DNA of 25,409 nt from a virus (Duplodnaviria; Caudoviricetes), in the IMG/VR virus record IMGVR_UViG_3300047561_000262, positions 1-25,409 of that record, one strand, 5' to 3'. A program made the translations under genes and the position numbers. This document shows, one piece after another, positions 7,043 to 16,837 of the stretch (position 1 is the first letter of the stretch; every line of letters starts with the position of its first letter). The notes under the pieces were generated by a model. The model ran no database searches. It was not told where the DNA came from and saw only the letters and a program-made list of their open reading frames with translations.

Positions 7043-7300
7043 TTAGCCAACTATTGCTTTTACTTCGTCTTGTGTAAGACCTAATGCGGTTAGTTTAGCT
7101 AGTGCTGAAGCCTTTGTATCTATAACGGCTTGTTTTTGTGCGGCTACTGCGGCTTGTGTAGATTCCCATAATGCGTCTAGTTCAGCTTGAGTTGGTTTTG
7201 GCGAGGAATCTAACCAGTTTAAACCCGCATAAGAATTTCCACTTAATGACCATTGTTTGCCAACATAATTAATTGTAAGAATGAGTGCGTAATCAATCAT
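7043..7300 (-). CDS. fibre-associated protein / chaperone, copy A
   Basis: Follows the tail fibre; 65/85 aa identical to 20697-20954. Confidence 0.65.
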   Translation of the reverse strand: MIDYALILTINYVGKQWSLSGNSYAGLNWLDSSPKPTQAELDALWESTQAAVAAQKQAVIDTKASALAKLTALGLTQDEVKAIVG

Positions 7301-8274
7301 GGTGCAATCTCCATTAAAGTAATTGTTGAAGTCAAAGCTGTATCTGCGGTAACTCTTTGGTTAATGTAAGCAGTTCCAGCGTTGCCTTTTATTTGCACTT
7401 TATATGTTGTAGCAGAAGTTGTTGATGGAGAATCTACATAACTAATGCTAAAAGGAAAAATATTATCAGATGACGCTATAAAACAACCAGCACTTCCAGC
7501 AAATGAAGGTGTTGTTGATGGTTGACAAATATTAGTTGAACCTCTAACCAAGTTATAAATAGTTAATCCGCTTGTACTACTATTTGATTGGTAAGAAGTA
7601 ACAAGCACCAATATTTTGTTAGATGCAGAAATTGGCGTAATTGTTGCAGATAATCCTGTTACATCAGTAAAAGATGTACTAGCAGTTGAAAAGGGTGTAT
7701 TTAAAGTTGTAGATTGAATTTGCAACACTTTACCTGAAGATGGGGCAGAAGAAACCCAAGTAGTCCCATTTGAAGTTAATACATTACCTGTTGTGCTTGG
7801 GGCTACAACTTGCGGTGCAGAAGTACCATTGCCAAGAAGAACATTGTTTGCAGTTAATGTAGCCGCCCCTGTACCACCCTGTGCAACAGTTAAGGGGGTA
7901 GTTAAGCCAGTTAAAGAAGTAATGTCGCTATTAGCCCCTGATTTGGCGGCAGTTAAATTACCTCTAGCGGTTGTAGCGTTAGCAACATCTGAAAGATTAC
8001 TAGCTTTTAAAAGATAAGTAGCACCAGCCGCAGTTACTTGGCTAACGGTTGCCCCGTCTGTAGATGCTATTCCATCAGCTAACCCTGTAACCCGATTGCT
8101 ACCCATTTTAAGGTTACCAGTAGCGGTAGTTTGTCCGTCTGCCGCTAATGAGCCTGTAAGGGCAGTAGCAATATCTGTAAGGGTGTTATTAGCCCATGTG
8201 CTAGATATAGTTGTACCAGTTACTACTGGATTACCAGCAGGTAGGGAATATGTACCCGATCCGTTTCTACTCAT
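7297..8274 (-). CDS. tail fibre protein
   Basis: MSRNGSGTY.LP N-terminal anchor-like domain, GGTG shaft motifs, beta-rich tip ending ITLMEI; position after the ejection genes. Confidence 0.8.
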   Translation of the reverse strand: MSRNGSGTYSLPAGNPVVTGTTISSTWANNTLTDIATALTGSLAADGQTTATGNLKMGSNRVTGLADGIASTDGATVSQVTAAGATYLLKASNLSDVANATTARGNLTAAKSGANSDITSLTGLTTPLTVAQGGTGAATLTANNVLLGNGTSAPQVVAPSTTGNVLTSNGTTWVSSAPSSGKVLQIQSTTLNTPFSTASTSFTDVTGLSATITPISASNKILVLVTSYQSNSSTSGLTIYNLVRGSTNICQPSTTPSFAGSAGCFIASSDNIFPFSISYVDSPSTTSATTYKVQIKGNAGTAYINQRVTADTALTSTITLMEIAP

Positions 8275-10117
8275 TTGTTGCTCCTTGTACAGTATTCTGT
8301 ATGCCCTGTATTGTCAAAAGTCTAGCTAAATCGTTGCGTGTTTTAGCATCTGCTTGGGATGCTGGTCGATTACCCAAACGCATTAATCTTAGTGTTTCTT
8401 GCGGTGAAAGCATTGATTCTGCTAATTTATTTTTAAGTTCTTCATTAACATCACCGTAAACAAACCTACCAAGCCTATTACTGGCTGATATAGGTAAACC
8501 AGTTTCATTCATTAAATTGGTGTAAGCCAGCTTTTGAACGGTGTCAGAGCCCACGCCTTTACCAGCTTCAGCGGCAAATTTACCCCTAGCTAAGTCTTGT
8601 TTAATGGCTTCAAGTCTTGCAATTTGACGGTCAGAAACTACGCCTGATTGTTTAAGTTCTTTTAAACCTTTTGAAAACTGACTAATGTAAATTTTTTCAG
8701 TTTCAGCAGAAATAGACTTGTCAGCCAATTTAGCAATGCTTTCAAGTTGGTCAATGGGTTTAGATAACCTATTAAAATTAACTCTTGCAGTTTTATATGC
8801 TGGGCTAATTTTTTCCATAAAATCAAGCAAACCAGTTTTTGCGTTCATTAAACCGTCTAATTCATCGCCTGAAGCACTTTTAATCTTATCTCTTTCATAT
8901 CGGGCTTTTACTTCCCCAATTTTTTTATCTAATGCTATTTTGGTTCTATGCAAACCAAGCATTGATCCAGCGGGGTCAGCAATGTCCATACCCCTGTTAG
9001 CTGAAGTTTCTTTAGCAACTTCCATTGCATCTTTAATAGCTGGTCGCTTAATCAAATTAGTTATTTGAGCAGTTGTTTTGTCATCCAATGTACCTAGATT
9101 TAACGGTTTTAAGGCATCGGCATAAAGGTCATCTGCAACTTGCTCTCTAAAATTTGTATACTTAGAAATTCTTGATTCAGGGGCAATATTACGCAATGCG
9201 TTAGCTTGTGCTTGAGTGTTTTGAAGCTGTCTTTGTGCCATTAAGTTACCAGCAACAGGGCTAGTAGCAATAGCTGTACGTTCTAAAGCGGCTAGGCTTG
9301 GAACTCCTGCGGCTTGTGCGGCAGTTGGCTGTGATCCAGCTACAAACTCTTGAACATTAGCTAAATTACGCATTGCTTTAACTTCTTCACCACCCGACAT
9401 TTCACGCAAAAATCTACCAAGTATTTTTTCTTTACCTGATTCTAAAAATGGTTCAACAATCGCTTTACCAGCCCTGTAAACTTTTTCTACGGCTTGCCCT
9501 ACAGCAGGTGCAACAGCCCCAACAGGTGCTCCAATTAACGCTCCAGTACGGGCATTTTTACCTGCTTCAGTATATAAATCAGCACCAGTTTGACCGCCTT
9601 CTATTGGTTGCAAAGCACCCGATACTGCTCCAGTACCAGCACCAATAACTGCACCTGAAACATAAGGATTTTTTCCAAAACTAGGGATCATTCCAATTGC
9701 TCGGCTCATTCCAACAGCAGGTAGTAAAACGCCACCTACACGACCAGTACCGTAAGACATTGGATTTGCTTCTTGGTATTCACCACTTTCTTTTGCAAGT
9801 CTTTGCACTAACTCATTAACGCTTGGTGCATTGTTTGTGGCTAATTGTGCTCCAGCTAATAAAGGATCAATTGCTGATTTTGTCATGCCAGCTAAAGCAG
9901 ATTCCAATGGTCTAGGTTCTGCTTGTATGTTTCTTTGCCCACGATTAACTGGTCTACCTGTAGCCGCACCACCACCAGTTTCACCAAAAGACATGGGGGA
10001 TGCTGTAGTTGCCATTTGTTCGGCAATCATGGCTTGGGCTTGTTCAGGCGTAGTACCTTCTGCTACTTCAAACCTAGCAATACGACCATCAGGCATTTCA
10101 AATCGTGCTATTGGCAT
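8267..10117 (-). CDS. internal virion / DNA ejection protein
   Basis: 616 aa, Ala/Gly-rich helical with a hydrophobic GA segment; synteny like P22 gp16. Confidence 0.65.
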   Translation of the reverse strand: MPIARFEMPDGRIARFEVAEGTTPEQAQAMIAEQMATTASPMSFGETGGGAATGRPVNRGQRNIQAEPRPLESALAGMTKSAIDPLLAGAQLATNNAPSVNELVQRLAKESGEYQEANPMSYGTGRVGGVLLPAVGMSRAIGMIPSFGKNPYVSGAVIGAGTGAVSGALQPIEGGQTGADLYTEAGKNARTGALIGAPVGAVAPAVGQAVEKVYRAGKAIVEPFLESGKEKILGRFLREMSGGEEVKAMRNLANVQEFVAGSQPTAAQAAGVPSLAALERTAIATSPVAGNLMAQRQLQNTQAQANALRNIAPESRISKYTNFREQVADDLYADALKPLNLGTLDDKTTAQITNLIKRPAIKDAMEVAKETSANRGMDIADPAGSMLGLHRTKIALDKKIGEVKARYERDKIKSASGDELDGLMNAKTGLLDFMEKISPAYKTARVNFNRLSKPIDQLESIAKLADKSISAETEKIYISQFSKGLKELKQSGVVSDRQIARLEAIKQDLARGKFAAEAGKGVGSDTVQKLAYTNLMNETGLPISASNRLGRFVYGDVNEELKNKLAESMLSPQETLRLMRLGNRPASQADAKTRNDLARLLTIQGIQNTVQGATNE

Positions 10118-11319
10118 TATTGTTGTCCTGTTGTGCTTGGTTCAAAACCTCTAAATATAGGTGCTTTTATTGCAGGAACGCCAAATTGTTGATTTAAATT
10201 AGGTTGCGGTGGTGGTGATGCTGGAAGTGGGGCTGAAACTCTTGGTGGAGTTGCTCTACCTGCGGCAATGTAAGCACCTTCTAACAATGTTTCTAAACGC
10301 TGTTGTTTGGCTTTAACAGCTGGTGGTTTATCACCTAAAACAGGAAAATAAGTTTCACGCATAGCAACTAATTGAACAGGAGTATAAGCCGCACCAGTAC
10401 GCAATGTTAAAGCCGCATCAAGAACATCTAATTGAGAATCTTCAACAATTTGACGTTGTGCTGGGGTCATAGAGCGTGAAAGCAAATTAGGCCCAGTTAA
10501 AGCTGATGCAATACTTGCAGGTACATTAGGTTTAACTGCTTTTGGATCAACACCCAAAGCTGTTTGCATCTGCAAAATGTTTCTATCCAAAATGGTGGAC
10601 ATAAAACCAGCTTTTCTTTCCTCGCCCGATGGCATATTAATGTGAGTTGCACCAGCTTTTTTTAATCCAACTTGATAATCTAAAAAACTACCTTTAAATG
10701 GTGAAACTGGGTCTTTAATGGCAATCTGATAATCCTTGTAATCAGAACTTGTTTTTTCACCGCCTGAAGCAACTTCTTTTACAGTACCATCAGGCATTTC
10801 CATAAATCGTTTTCCACCTTCAGGCAAAGTAAATGCTTCAGGCTTTTTAAATGCTTCTGTTGCTATATATGGTAACAATGCCCTAGCTTGTGGGGATTGC
10901 ATATTTATTGCTTCTGCAAATGCTAATTTTGGATTAGCTGGTATTGCTGGTTGAGCAGGAGTTCCTTTAACTGTTTCATAAGTTTCAGTAGGTATGTCAG
11001 GAGTACCAGCAATTGCAGGTTTGCCACCAAAAGTATTCATTAATCTTTGAGTTTCTTCAACGCCTTGCTCACGCAATTGTTTGGCTAAATTTAATTGGGC
11101 TTGCTCTGCCTTTTCAATGCCTCTTTGACCCATGTAAGTATTGGCTAAACCAGCTATATTTTGGAATATGCTAGGGGCAACATAACGACCACTAACCATT
11201 TGACCTTGTGGTTGTTGCATACCTTGTTGCAATAACATTTCAGACATTTTTTGCTGGCGTAATGCCTGTTGCTGTTGCAACATTTGTTCAGGGGTGAGAG
11301 TTCCCATATCAGTTGGCAT
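10117..11319 (-). CDS. internal virion / DNA ejection protein
   Basis: Gln-rich N-terminus; synteny like P22 gp20. Confidence 0.6.
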   Translation of the reverse strand: MPTDMGTLTPEQMLQQQQALRQQKMSEMLLQQGMQQPQGQMVSGRYVAPSIFQNIAGLANTYMGQRGIEKAEQAQLNLAKQLREQGVEETQRLMNTFGGKPAIAGTPDIPTETYETVKGTPAQPAIPANPKLAFAEAINMQSPQARALLPYIATEAFKKPEAFTLPEGGKRFMEMPDGTVKEVASGGEKTSSDYKDYQIAIKDPVSPFKGSFLDYQVGLKKAGATHINMPSGEERKAGFMSTILDRNILQMQTALGVDPKAVKPNVPASIASALTGPNLLSRSMTPAQRQIVEDSQLDVLDAALTLRTGAAYTPVQLVAMRETYFPVLGDKPPAVKAKQQRLETLLEGAYIAAGRATPPRVSAPLPASPPPQPNLNQQFGVPAIKAPIFRGFEPSTTGQQ

Positions 11320-11320
11320 T

Positions 11321-11641
11321 TTATAGTCCTAATTCTGCGTTCATACCACTATATCCTTCACCAGCACCCATGCCGTTGCTATTAGAGCCAAAGTAAGTGT
11401 TATCACCTGAAGTCTGCCAACCATCATAATTAGGTTTTTTAGGGTCTTTTGCACGCAACAATGCCGCCATAGCTAGTGGATTCATGCCACCACCTTGCGT
11501 TTGACCTGCTTGACCAACTAATTGATTTTGTTGTGCAAGTGCCGCTTGTTGATTAGCTTGTTGTTGTCCAAAGTTTTGAAATACAGGGCTTAATCCACCA
11601 AGATCCTGCATTGGTTGACCTTGTAAAATATATGGGTTCAT
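11321..11641 (-). CDS. Gln/Gly-rich small virion protein (putative)
   Basis: 106-aa ORF coupled within the ejection block. Confidence 0.55.
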   Translation of the reverse strand: MNPYILQGQPMQDLGGLSPVFQNFGQQQANQQAALAQQNQLVGQAGQTQGGGMNPLAMAALLRAKDPKKPNYDGWQTSGDNTYFGSNSNGMGAGEGYSGMNAELGL

Positions 11642-12669
11642 AGTAGTCCGTAATCTACGACTTTATAGCCGTCATTTAAAGTTCTAACTGCGTAAGGATA
11701 GACTTGCTCTACTTCTTGGGCCATGTAACCATAATGTACGCCACGACCTGCTAATTCATGGTCTTTAAATTCAGGTTTATATTCGTACTTATATACAGTC
11801 AAGCCATTTTCAGCTACGCCAATTGGCTCAATGTTTTCTTTAGTGCGAATATCTGACATAGCCATTATTCCAGCACCACCAAGACTAAATAAACCGCTTG
11901 TCATTTGATTATTAGCCGCATTTTGAGCATTAGCCGCACCTAATTGGGCGTTATAACCCATCTGTGTTGCACCCAAAATATCAGGCCCAGCGGTATTAGC
12001 TTGTTGTGCAGAGTTTACAAAACTAGGGCCTTGTACCTGTGCTCCTGATCTAACAGCGTTTAGCGTGTTTAATGGCTCGTTACGCAAGTAGGCTTGTTCT
12101 TGCAGGGCAGATTGACGGGCTTGTTGACCAACGCCAAAACCTGAAGTAGTAGCACCTAAACGCAAATCATTTACTCTTTGTGCTTCCGTCATTTGTGCTC
12201 GTTTATATGCTTCAGATCCTATTGGAATACCAGCGTTAGCTAATTTAGTATCTAAGGCTTCTTGGCTTTGTGCAATTTGTGGAGCAAGGCGTTGCATATA
12301 AGCATCTTGATAGCTTTGGCTAGGATTAAACCCAGTTGTCGGCAGTTTGCTTGTATCAAACGGGGTGTCAAGCATAGTGTTGACATAACCCAAGCCTTTA
12401 CCAGTTAATGCACCAAGACCTAAACTAGCTTGATTTTGATAATCTAAAAGTTGTTGTTGTGCAGGAGCAAGGGATTGTGTAGCTGTCCAAGTAGGATTGC
12501 CATAAGGATCTTCACCACTAATGTTGTAATTAAGCGACCCGTAAGGAGTAACTTGATTTACACGGTTTGCCGCAGTAGCGGCTCTTGCCGCATCAAGGTT
12601 TCCTGACGCAGTTTCTTTTGCCGCCGCTGTATAGTCGGGTGCTGGTGGAGCACTAGCTGACTTTCCCAT
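11638..12669 (-). CDS. ejection-type protein with C-terminal intramolecular chaperone (peptidase S74-like) domain
   Basis: MGK..APPAPDY N-terminus; SDIRTKENI...Y.Y...GYMAQEVE...P.AV...VDY. Confidence 0.75.
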   Translation of the reverse strand: MGKSASAPPAPDYTAAAKETASGNLDAARAATAANRVNQVTPYGSLNYNISGEDPYGNPTWTATQSLAPAQQQLLDYQNQASLGLGALTGKGLGYVNTMLDTPFDTSKLPTTGFNPSQSYQDAYMQRLAPQIAQSQEALDTKLANAGIPIGSEAYKRAQMTEAQRVNDLRLGATTSGFGVGQQARQSALQEQAYLRNEPLNTLNAVRSGAQVQGPSFVNSAQQANTAGPDILGATQMGYNAQLGAANAQNAANNQMTSGLFSLGGAGIMAMSDIRTKENIEPIGVAENGLTVYKYEYKPEFKDHELAGRGVHYGYMAQEVEQVYPYAVRTLNDGYKVVDYGLL

Positions 12670-13066
12670 ATCTTTCTCCTAAAAATCTACATTTGTCTTT
12701 TGACATTACAAAAAACAACAAATCTCCAGTAGGAAAAACATCAAGTAATCGTGCTTGTTCCTCAAACCCCAATTTCTTGACAAACTCTACCGACTTGTCG
12801 TTACTACTTACTACTGGGGCAATAATCTTATCTACCCCCAATTGTACAAAAGGATAATCAAAAATGGTATGTAAATATTGCCTATTTAACCCTTTTTTTA
12901 AGTAAATATGGCAAGTTACCGATTTTTTATTAAAGTCCTCGTACCAAACTACTGCTTTTATTTCATCTGTTACCCACCCAATTGTCCTAGAATTTTCAGG
13001 TGTCCATACCATGTTTAACTCTTGGGCGATGAAAGGCCCTAATTTATCCTTATCAAAACATAGCAC
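12653..13066 (-). CDS. GNAT-fold protein (P22 gp14-like position)
   Basis: FDYPFVQL, N.KS..F..KLGF.E; likely GTG start overlapping the upstream TAG. Confidence 0.75.
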   Translation of the reverse strand: MLCFDKDKLGPFIAQELNMVWTPENSRTIGWVTDEIKAVVWYEDFNKKSVTCHIYLKKGLNRQYLHTIFDYPFVQLGVDKIIAPVVSSNDKSVEFVKKLGFEEQARLLDVFPTGDLLFFVMSKDKCRFLGERYGKVS

Positions 13067-14838
13067 TACAGCACTCCACCTTTTTCCATTACATAGTCGG
13101 TTGATGCCCAATGAAACTCAATACCTTGCGATGCAACATTTATGTTAATTGATCCAGCAAAACCTGTTCCTGTAACCCCTTGCCAAAACTTAGTGGTAGT
13201 TAAAGTTCCACCCCAATTAGCATCATCCCAAAGGGCGGTGTCCCATACACCCACATCCAAAGTAGATGGATTAAAAGCAAGTTGGTTAGTTAATGGTATT
13301 GTGTCAAAATCCGTGCTAATACCGCATAAAACAGTCGGTAAGCCGTTATCTGTCTGTAGGATAGGGCGTACTAGGGTAAAGCGTTTTAACTGCCCACGGC
13401 TGTCAAAATAGCTGTAGGCTTGTTGTGCAGTTGCAACAATATTTGCACCGTTATCTGACGGTTGGGTATAAAACTCGCCAACAAATCCATTTGCCCCAAA
13501 GTAAATCTTGTTATTTCCTGATACTTCCCAGCAAATAGCGTTTACCCCTGTAAATCTAGCCCATGACTTAGTAATCGTGTGCATGACATACTGTTCAAAT
13601 CCTGTACCAGTAGGAATGTTAAGGATCAGCATATTTTCACTAGCAAAATAATTAATTTGCCAGCCAAATGAAGCATAGTAAATAGTAGCCGCTTGGCTTA
13701 CAGCGTAATAAATCTTGTCGGTCAGGTTAATTCTTGGGTCTAAGCGTGAAGATTGCAGGGCGGCAGACATTGGCACTAGACCGTCTTGGGTCAGTAATAA
13801 CAAGTCACCACCAAACTTAAAAAAGCACCGTCTAGCAAAGGTTTGACCCATCTGCCAAACTCCAACCTCACTCCAAGCATTAGAATCGCTAGGGTTTGTA
13901 CCCTTGTAAACAATAACTTCACCCATACTGGTTACAAATGCGGATAAGTCATCTACGCCATAACCAGCATCTAAAGTCCATGTACCCATTGCTTGCAAAA
14001 AGCCACCTGATCGGGCAATTGATCCTAATGGGAAATCTAATGCCGCACCACCGATAGATTCCACGGGTAGATACCAAAAGGTCATGCTGTCTTTTTGTAC
14101 AAAAAACAGTCTGTTTTGGCACATATTGACATTAACAAACACATTACTGTTTACGCCTGTTATGCCTAAAACCGTATAAGTTCCTACTACAGTAGCGTTT
14201 GCCGCTGGTGCGGTTGCCATTGTGTAAGTAAAAACCGTTGGGCTTGTTACGGTAATTGCGTAAGTACCGTTGTAATTTGATTCAGTAGCACCTGAAATAG
14301 TAACTCGATTACCTGTAATTAAGCCGTGTGCAGAAGCGGTTGTTAGGGTAGCGGTCAGGTTACCTGTGCCACCCCTTGTAATAGATAAAATAGTTTGTGC
14401 GGTGGTCGTGGTAGCCATCTTGTACCAGCGTGTACCGTCATAAATCATAGCGGCATCTTGACCGTTCACGGCAATAATAAAGTTACCACCATCGGTGCTA
14501 ATCATGCAATGCTGGAATTTACTGTTTCCTAATCCTGTAAATACAGAACTTGCAGTAGAAGTTGATGCGTTATAAATTACCCCGTTGGCAACGGCAAATA
14601 GCGTATTTGTACCGTCATAACCTGCGTAATTCATTAGGGTTTGCACTTCCCCCGTAATACCTGTAGATGCTTGTGAATACCCTTTTCTCAGGGTTACATC
14701 GGTAGGTGTAGGAAAAAAGTTGACTAACTGCACCGCATCTAACGGTTGCATTTCAGCTAACGAATCTCTAGCGTTCCAGCCCCCAATTGGGGAAGCTAGA
14801 GAAGTTACATCGGCTGTGAACTTCTTAGCGACAGCCAT
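13066..14838 (-). CDS. tail nozzle / DNA stabilisation protein (P22 gp10-like)
   Basis: 590-aa beta-propeller-like protein, P.GGWNARD start; synteny after the adaptor. Confidence 0.75.
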   Translation of the reverse strand: MAVAKKFTADVTSLASPIGGWNARDSLAEMQPLDAVQLVNFFPTPTDVTLRKGYSQASTGITGEVQTLMNYAGYDGTNTLFAVANGVIYNASTSTASSVFTGLGNSKFQHCMISTDGGNFIIAVNGQDAAMIYDGTRWYKMATTTTAQTILSITRGGTGNLTATLTTASAHGLITGNRVTISGATESNYNGTYAITVTSPTVFTYTMATAPAANATVVGTYTVLGITGVNSNVFVNVNMCQNRLFFVQKDSMTFWYLPVESIGGAALDFPLGSIARSGGFLQAMGTWTLDAGYGVDDLSAFVTSMGEVIVYKGTNPSDSNAWSEVGVWQMGQTFARRCFFKFGGDLLLLTQDGLVPMSAALQSSRLDPRINLTDKIYYAVSQAATIYYASFGWQINYFASENMLILNIPTGTGFEQYVMHTITKSWARFTGVNAICWEVSGNNKIYFGANGFVGEFYTQPSDNGANIVATAQQAYSYFDSRGQLKRFTLVRPILQTDNGLPTVLCGISTDFDTIPLTNQLAFNPSTLDVGVWDTALWDDANWGGTLTTTKFWQGVTGTGFAGSININVASQGIEFHWASTDYVMEKGGVL

Positions 14839-14840
14839 TA

Positions 14841-15746
14841 CTAAGACCCGTAGCCAGTATCAGGAATATTTGCCCAACCAATAAGCACGGCACTTGGAGC
14901 GGGTGCAAAAGATAGGGTTGCTGATCCTTTATCGTTAGCTTTAGCTATTGATAGGTAACGCATATAGTCTTGTTGCAATGCAGTAGTATCAAATGACTTA
15001 ATTTGGAAGTATTTGAGTTTAGTCAGCAATACAATAATTGCGTCATCTAATACGGATGTATCGGTATCGACTGTAAAGCTATTTTTAACAGCATCAGCCG
15101 CACTTCTCGCCCATCCCTTAGAACGGTACTCAAACCCTAAATATTCTAAGGTGCTGTATGGTGGCCATATCTCAAATTGATTGCCTAAAATTCTCCAACG
15201 AACCCGTGGGCCTGTTGAAATGTAACCCGATTTAAGCCATTGCCATTGTTGTGCAGAAACTGGGCCCAACATTTGCCAATGTTTAGTTTTATCCCAATGC
15301 GTGTTATCGGTAATGGTTTCGTAATCAGGTGGTAATGGGTAAATAGTCTTGCTGAAAGTAACTGTACCGCCTACAGATGTTGCTGAAGATAACTGGCTAC
15401 TATTTAAGCTAGTTGCATTAAGAACGGTATCAACATAGGTATCTTGAGGAACACTTGTACCAACAATAGAATAGGTATTGTCCAAACCTGCGGTACTTGG
15501 AATATTGTTTAATAAATAGCTATTATTTGTTGTATCGCAGGTTGTGGTTATTGCAGTTGTGTAAAAGCGATATTCCAACTCCAATGCTTGCCAATCGTGT
15601 TCCTTAATTAAGTCATACCCTGCACGGTTCATTAACGCAAGAATCTGTTGCACATCTTGGCTAGTGTTCCCTGCTACATAAGTAGGTACGGCTAAGTTAA
15701 GTTCAGCGGTAACTTGCTGGACTAATTGGAGCATTGTTGATGACAT
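14841..15746 (-). CDS. head-tail adaptor protein
   Basis: MLQLVQ...ELNL, W..L, Y.LP.DY, IWP motifs; synteny. Confidence 0.7.
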   Translation of the reverse strand: MSSTMLQLVQQVTAELNLAVPTYVAGNTSQDVQQILALMNRAGYDLIKEHDWQALELEYRFYTTAITTTCDTTNNSYLLNNIPSTAGLDNTYSIVGTSVPQDTYVDTVLNATSLNSSQLSSATSVGGTVTFSKTIYPLPPDYETITDNTHWDKTKHWQMLGPVSAQQWQWLKSGYISTGPRVRWRILGNQFEIWPPYSTLEYLGFEYRSKGWARSAADAVKNSFTVDTDTSVLDDAIIVLLTKLKYFQIKSFDTTALQQDYMRYLSIAKANDKGSATLSFAPAPSAVLIGWANIPDTGYGS

Positions 15747-15747
15747 A

Positions 15748-16395
15748 TTAGGCTTCCTCTGTGGCTACCGCTTTCTTACGGGGTTTCTTTTCACCAACAG
15801 CAACAAGTATAGCGGCCATTTGATCTTGCATTTTAGCCAGCTTTGCATCTGTTTCTGCCTTTATTTTAGCAGTTTCTAGATCCTTTTTGGCAAGTTCTTC
15901 TTTCAAAGCGTTAATTTCGCTTTCACGCTTGTCTGTTTCGGCTGAATTTGTTGCTAGGTTTAAAAATGCCTTTGCCTTGTCACGGAACGCAAAAGGTGAC
16001 ATTCCTGCCGCCATTCCCATACGCTGTAACTGCTGATCTGACGCACTTGCAATAGCTTCTACGGTAAAAAACTTTATAGCCCGTAATTCTTCAGCTTGGC
16101 TTTTTGATACTAAAGGCCATTCTGCTACAGGTGTTCCTACCACTTCTTCGTCATTTGCACCTACCCGATTCATGTAGTTTGCCCATTGGATAGGGAAACG
16201 CTGTCTGTGCTGTTGAAGTGCGTAAGTGTCTATTTCAGTAAGAGTATCGCCAGCAACGCAAATATGTACAAAATCGAACTCTTTGTATATTGGTCTGCCA
16301 GCGTCTACTGATTCTTGCTCTTGTTGTATGGGTTTTTTGTAAAAGCGTACTTGTAAGCGTGCATCTGCTCCGTGCTCATCTGAGGGAAGTGCCAT
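15748..16395 (-). CDS. hypothetical protein with HhH-like segment and C-terminal coiled coil
   Basis: L....FTVE.IA..SD..L..MGM; AGGAG RBS. Confidence 0.7.
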   Translation of the reverse strand: MALPSDEHGADARLQVRFYKKPIQQEQESVDAGRPIYKEFDFVHICVAGDTLTEIDTYALQQHRQRFPIQWANYMNRVGANDEEVVGTPVAEWPLVSKSQAEELRAIKFFTVEAIASASDQQLQRMGMAAGMSPFAFRDKAKAFLNLATNSAETDKRESEINALKEELAKKDLETAKIKAETDAKLAKMQDQMAAILVAVGEKKPRKKAVATEEA

Positions 16396-16425
16396 TTTTA
16401 AATCTCCTAAGTAGTTAGGTAAAGT

Positions 16426-16462
16426 TAAAGAAAAAAGGGGTTAGCCTTGTGAGCCAACCCCC
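16426..16462 (-). terminator. Rho-independent terminator after the capsid/cement genes
   Basis: GGGGTTGGC-loop-GCTAACCCC followed by TTTTTTCTTT on the minus strand. Confidence 0.8.
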
Positions 16463-16494
16463 TGTTTTTACTACATTTTAGCGTTTTAAGCTAA

Positions 16495-16794
16495 TCAAAC
16501 AGAAGCCTTGCTAAACCAACCATAATCGCCTGAAGCCATTGCGACTGCTGGGGCTAAGTAAGTACCAGCAGAACCAGTTGCAACAAAGGTTGATGCGTTT
16601 ACTGAACAAGTAGCTGTTGAAGCTGTAATAGCCGCACCTGCTACTGCCCATACATAACGCAAACCATCGCTACCGAAAGTTTGTGTACCTGCTGGGCCAA
16701 ATGTTGGTACGGTTGTACCGTTAGCCGCTAATTCAACTACGGTTTGTGTATCTACAAGGTCTACACCTGAGATGGGTAGGGTTGAATATGCCAT
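16495..16794 (-). CDS. capsid cement / decoration protein (putative)
   Basis: 99 aa, Ala/Thr-rich, YGWF motif; between capsid gene and terminator. Confidence 0.65.
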   Translation of the reverse strand: MAYSTLPISGVDLVDTQTVVELAANGTTVPTFGPAGTQTFGSDGLRYVWAVAGAAITASTATCSVNASTFVATGSAGTYLAPAVAMASGDYGWFSKASV

Positions 16795-16837
16795 GATAAT
16801 TCCTTTTCTATAAGTTAAGTAAAGTTAATAGATACGA

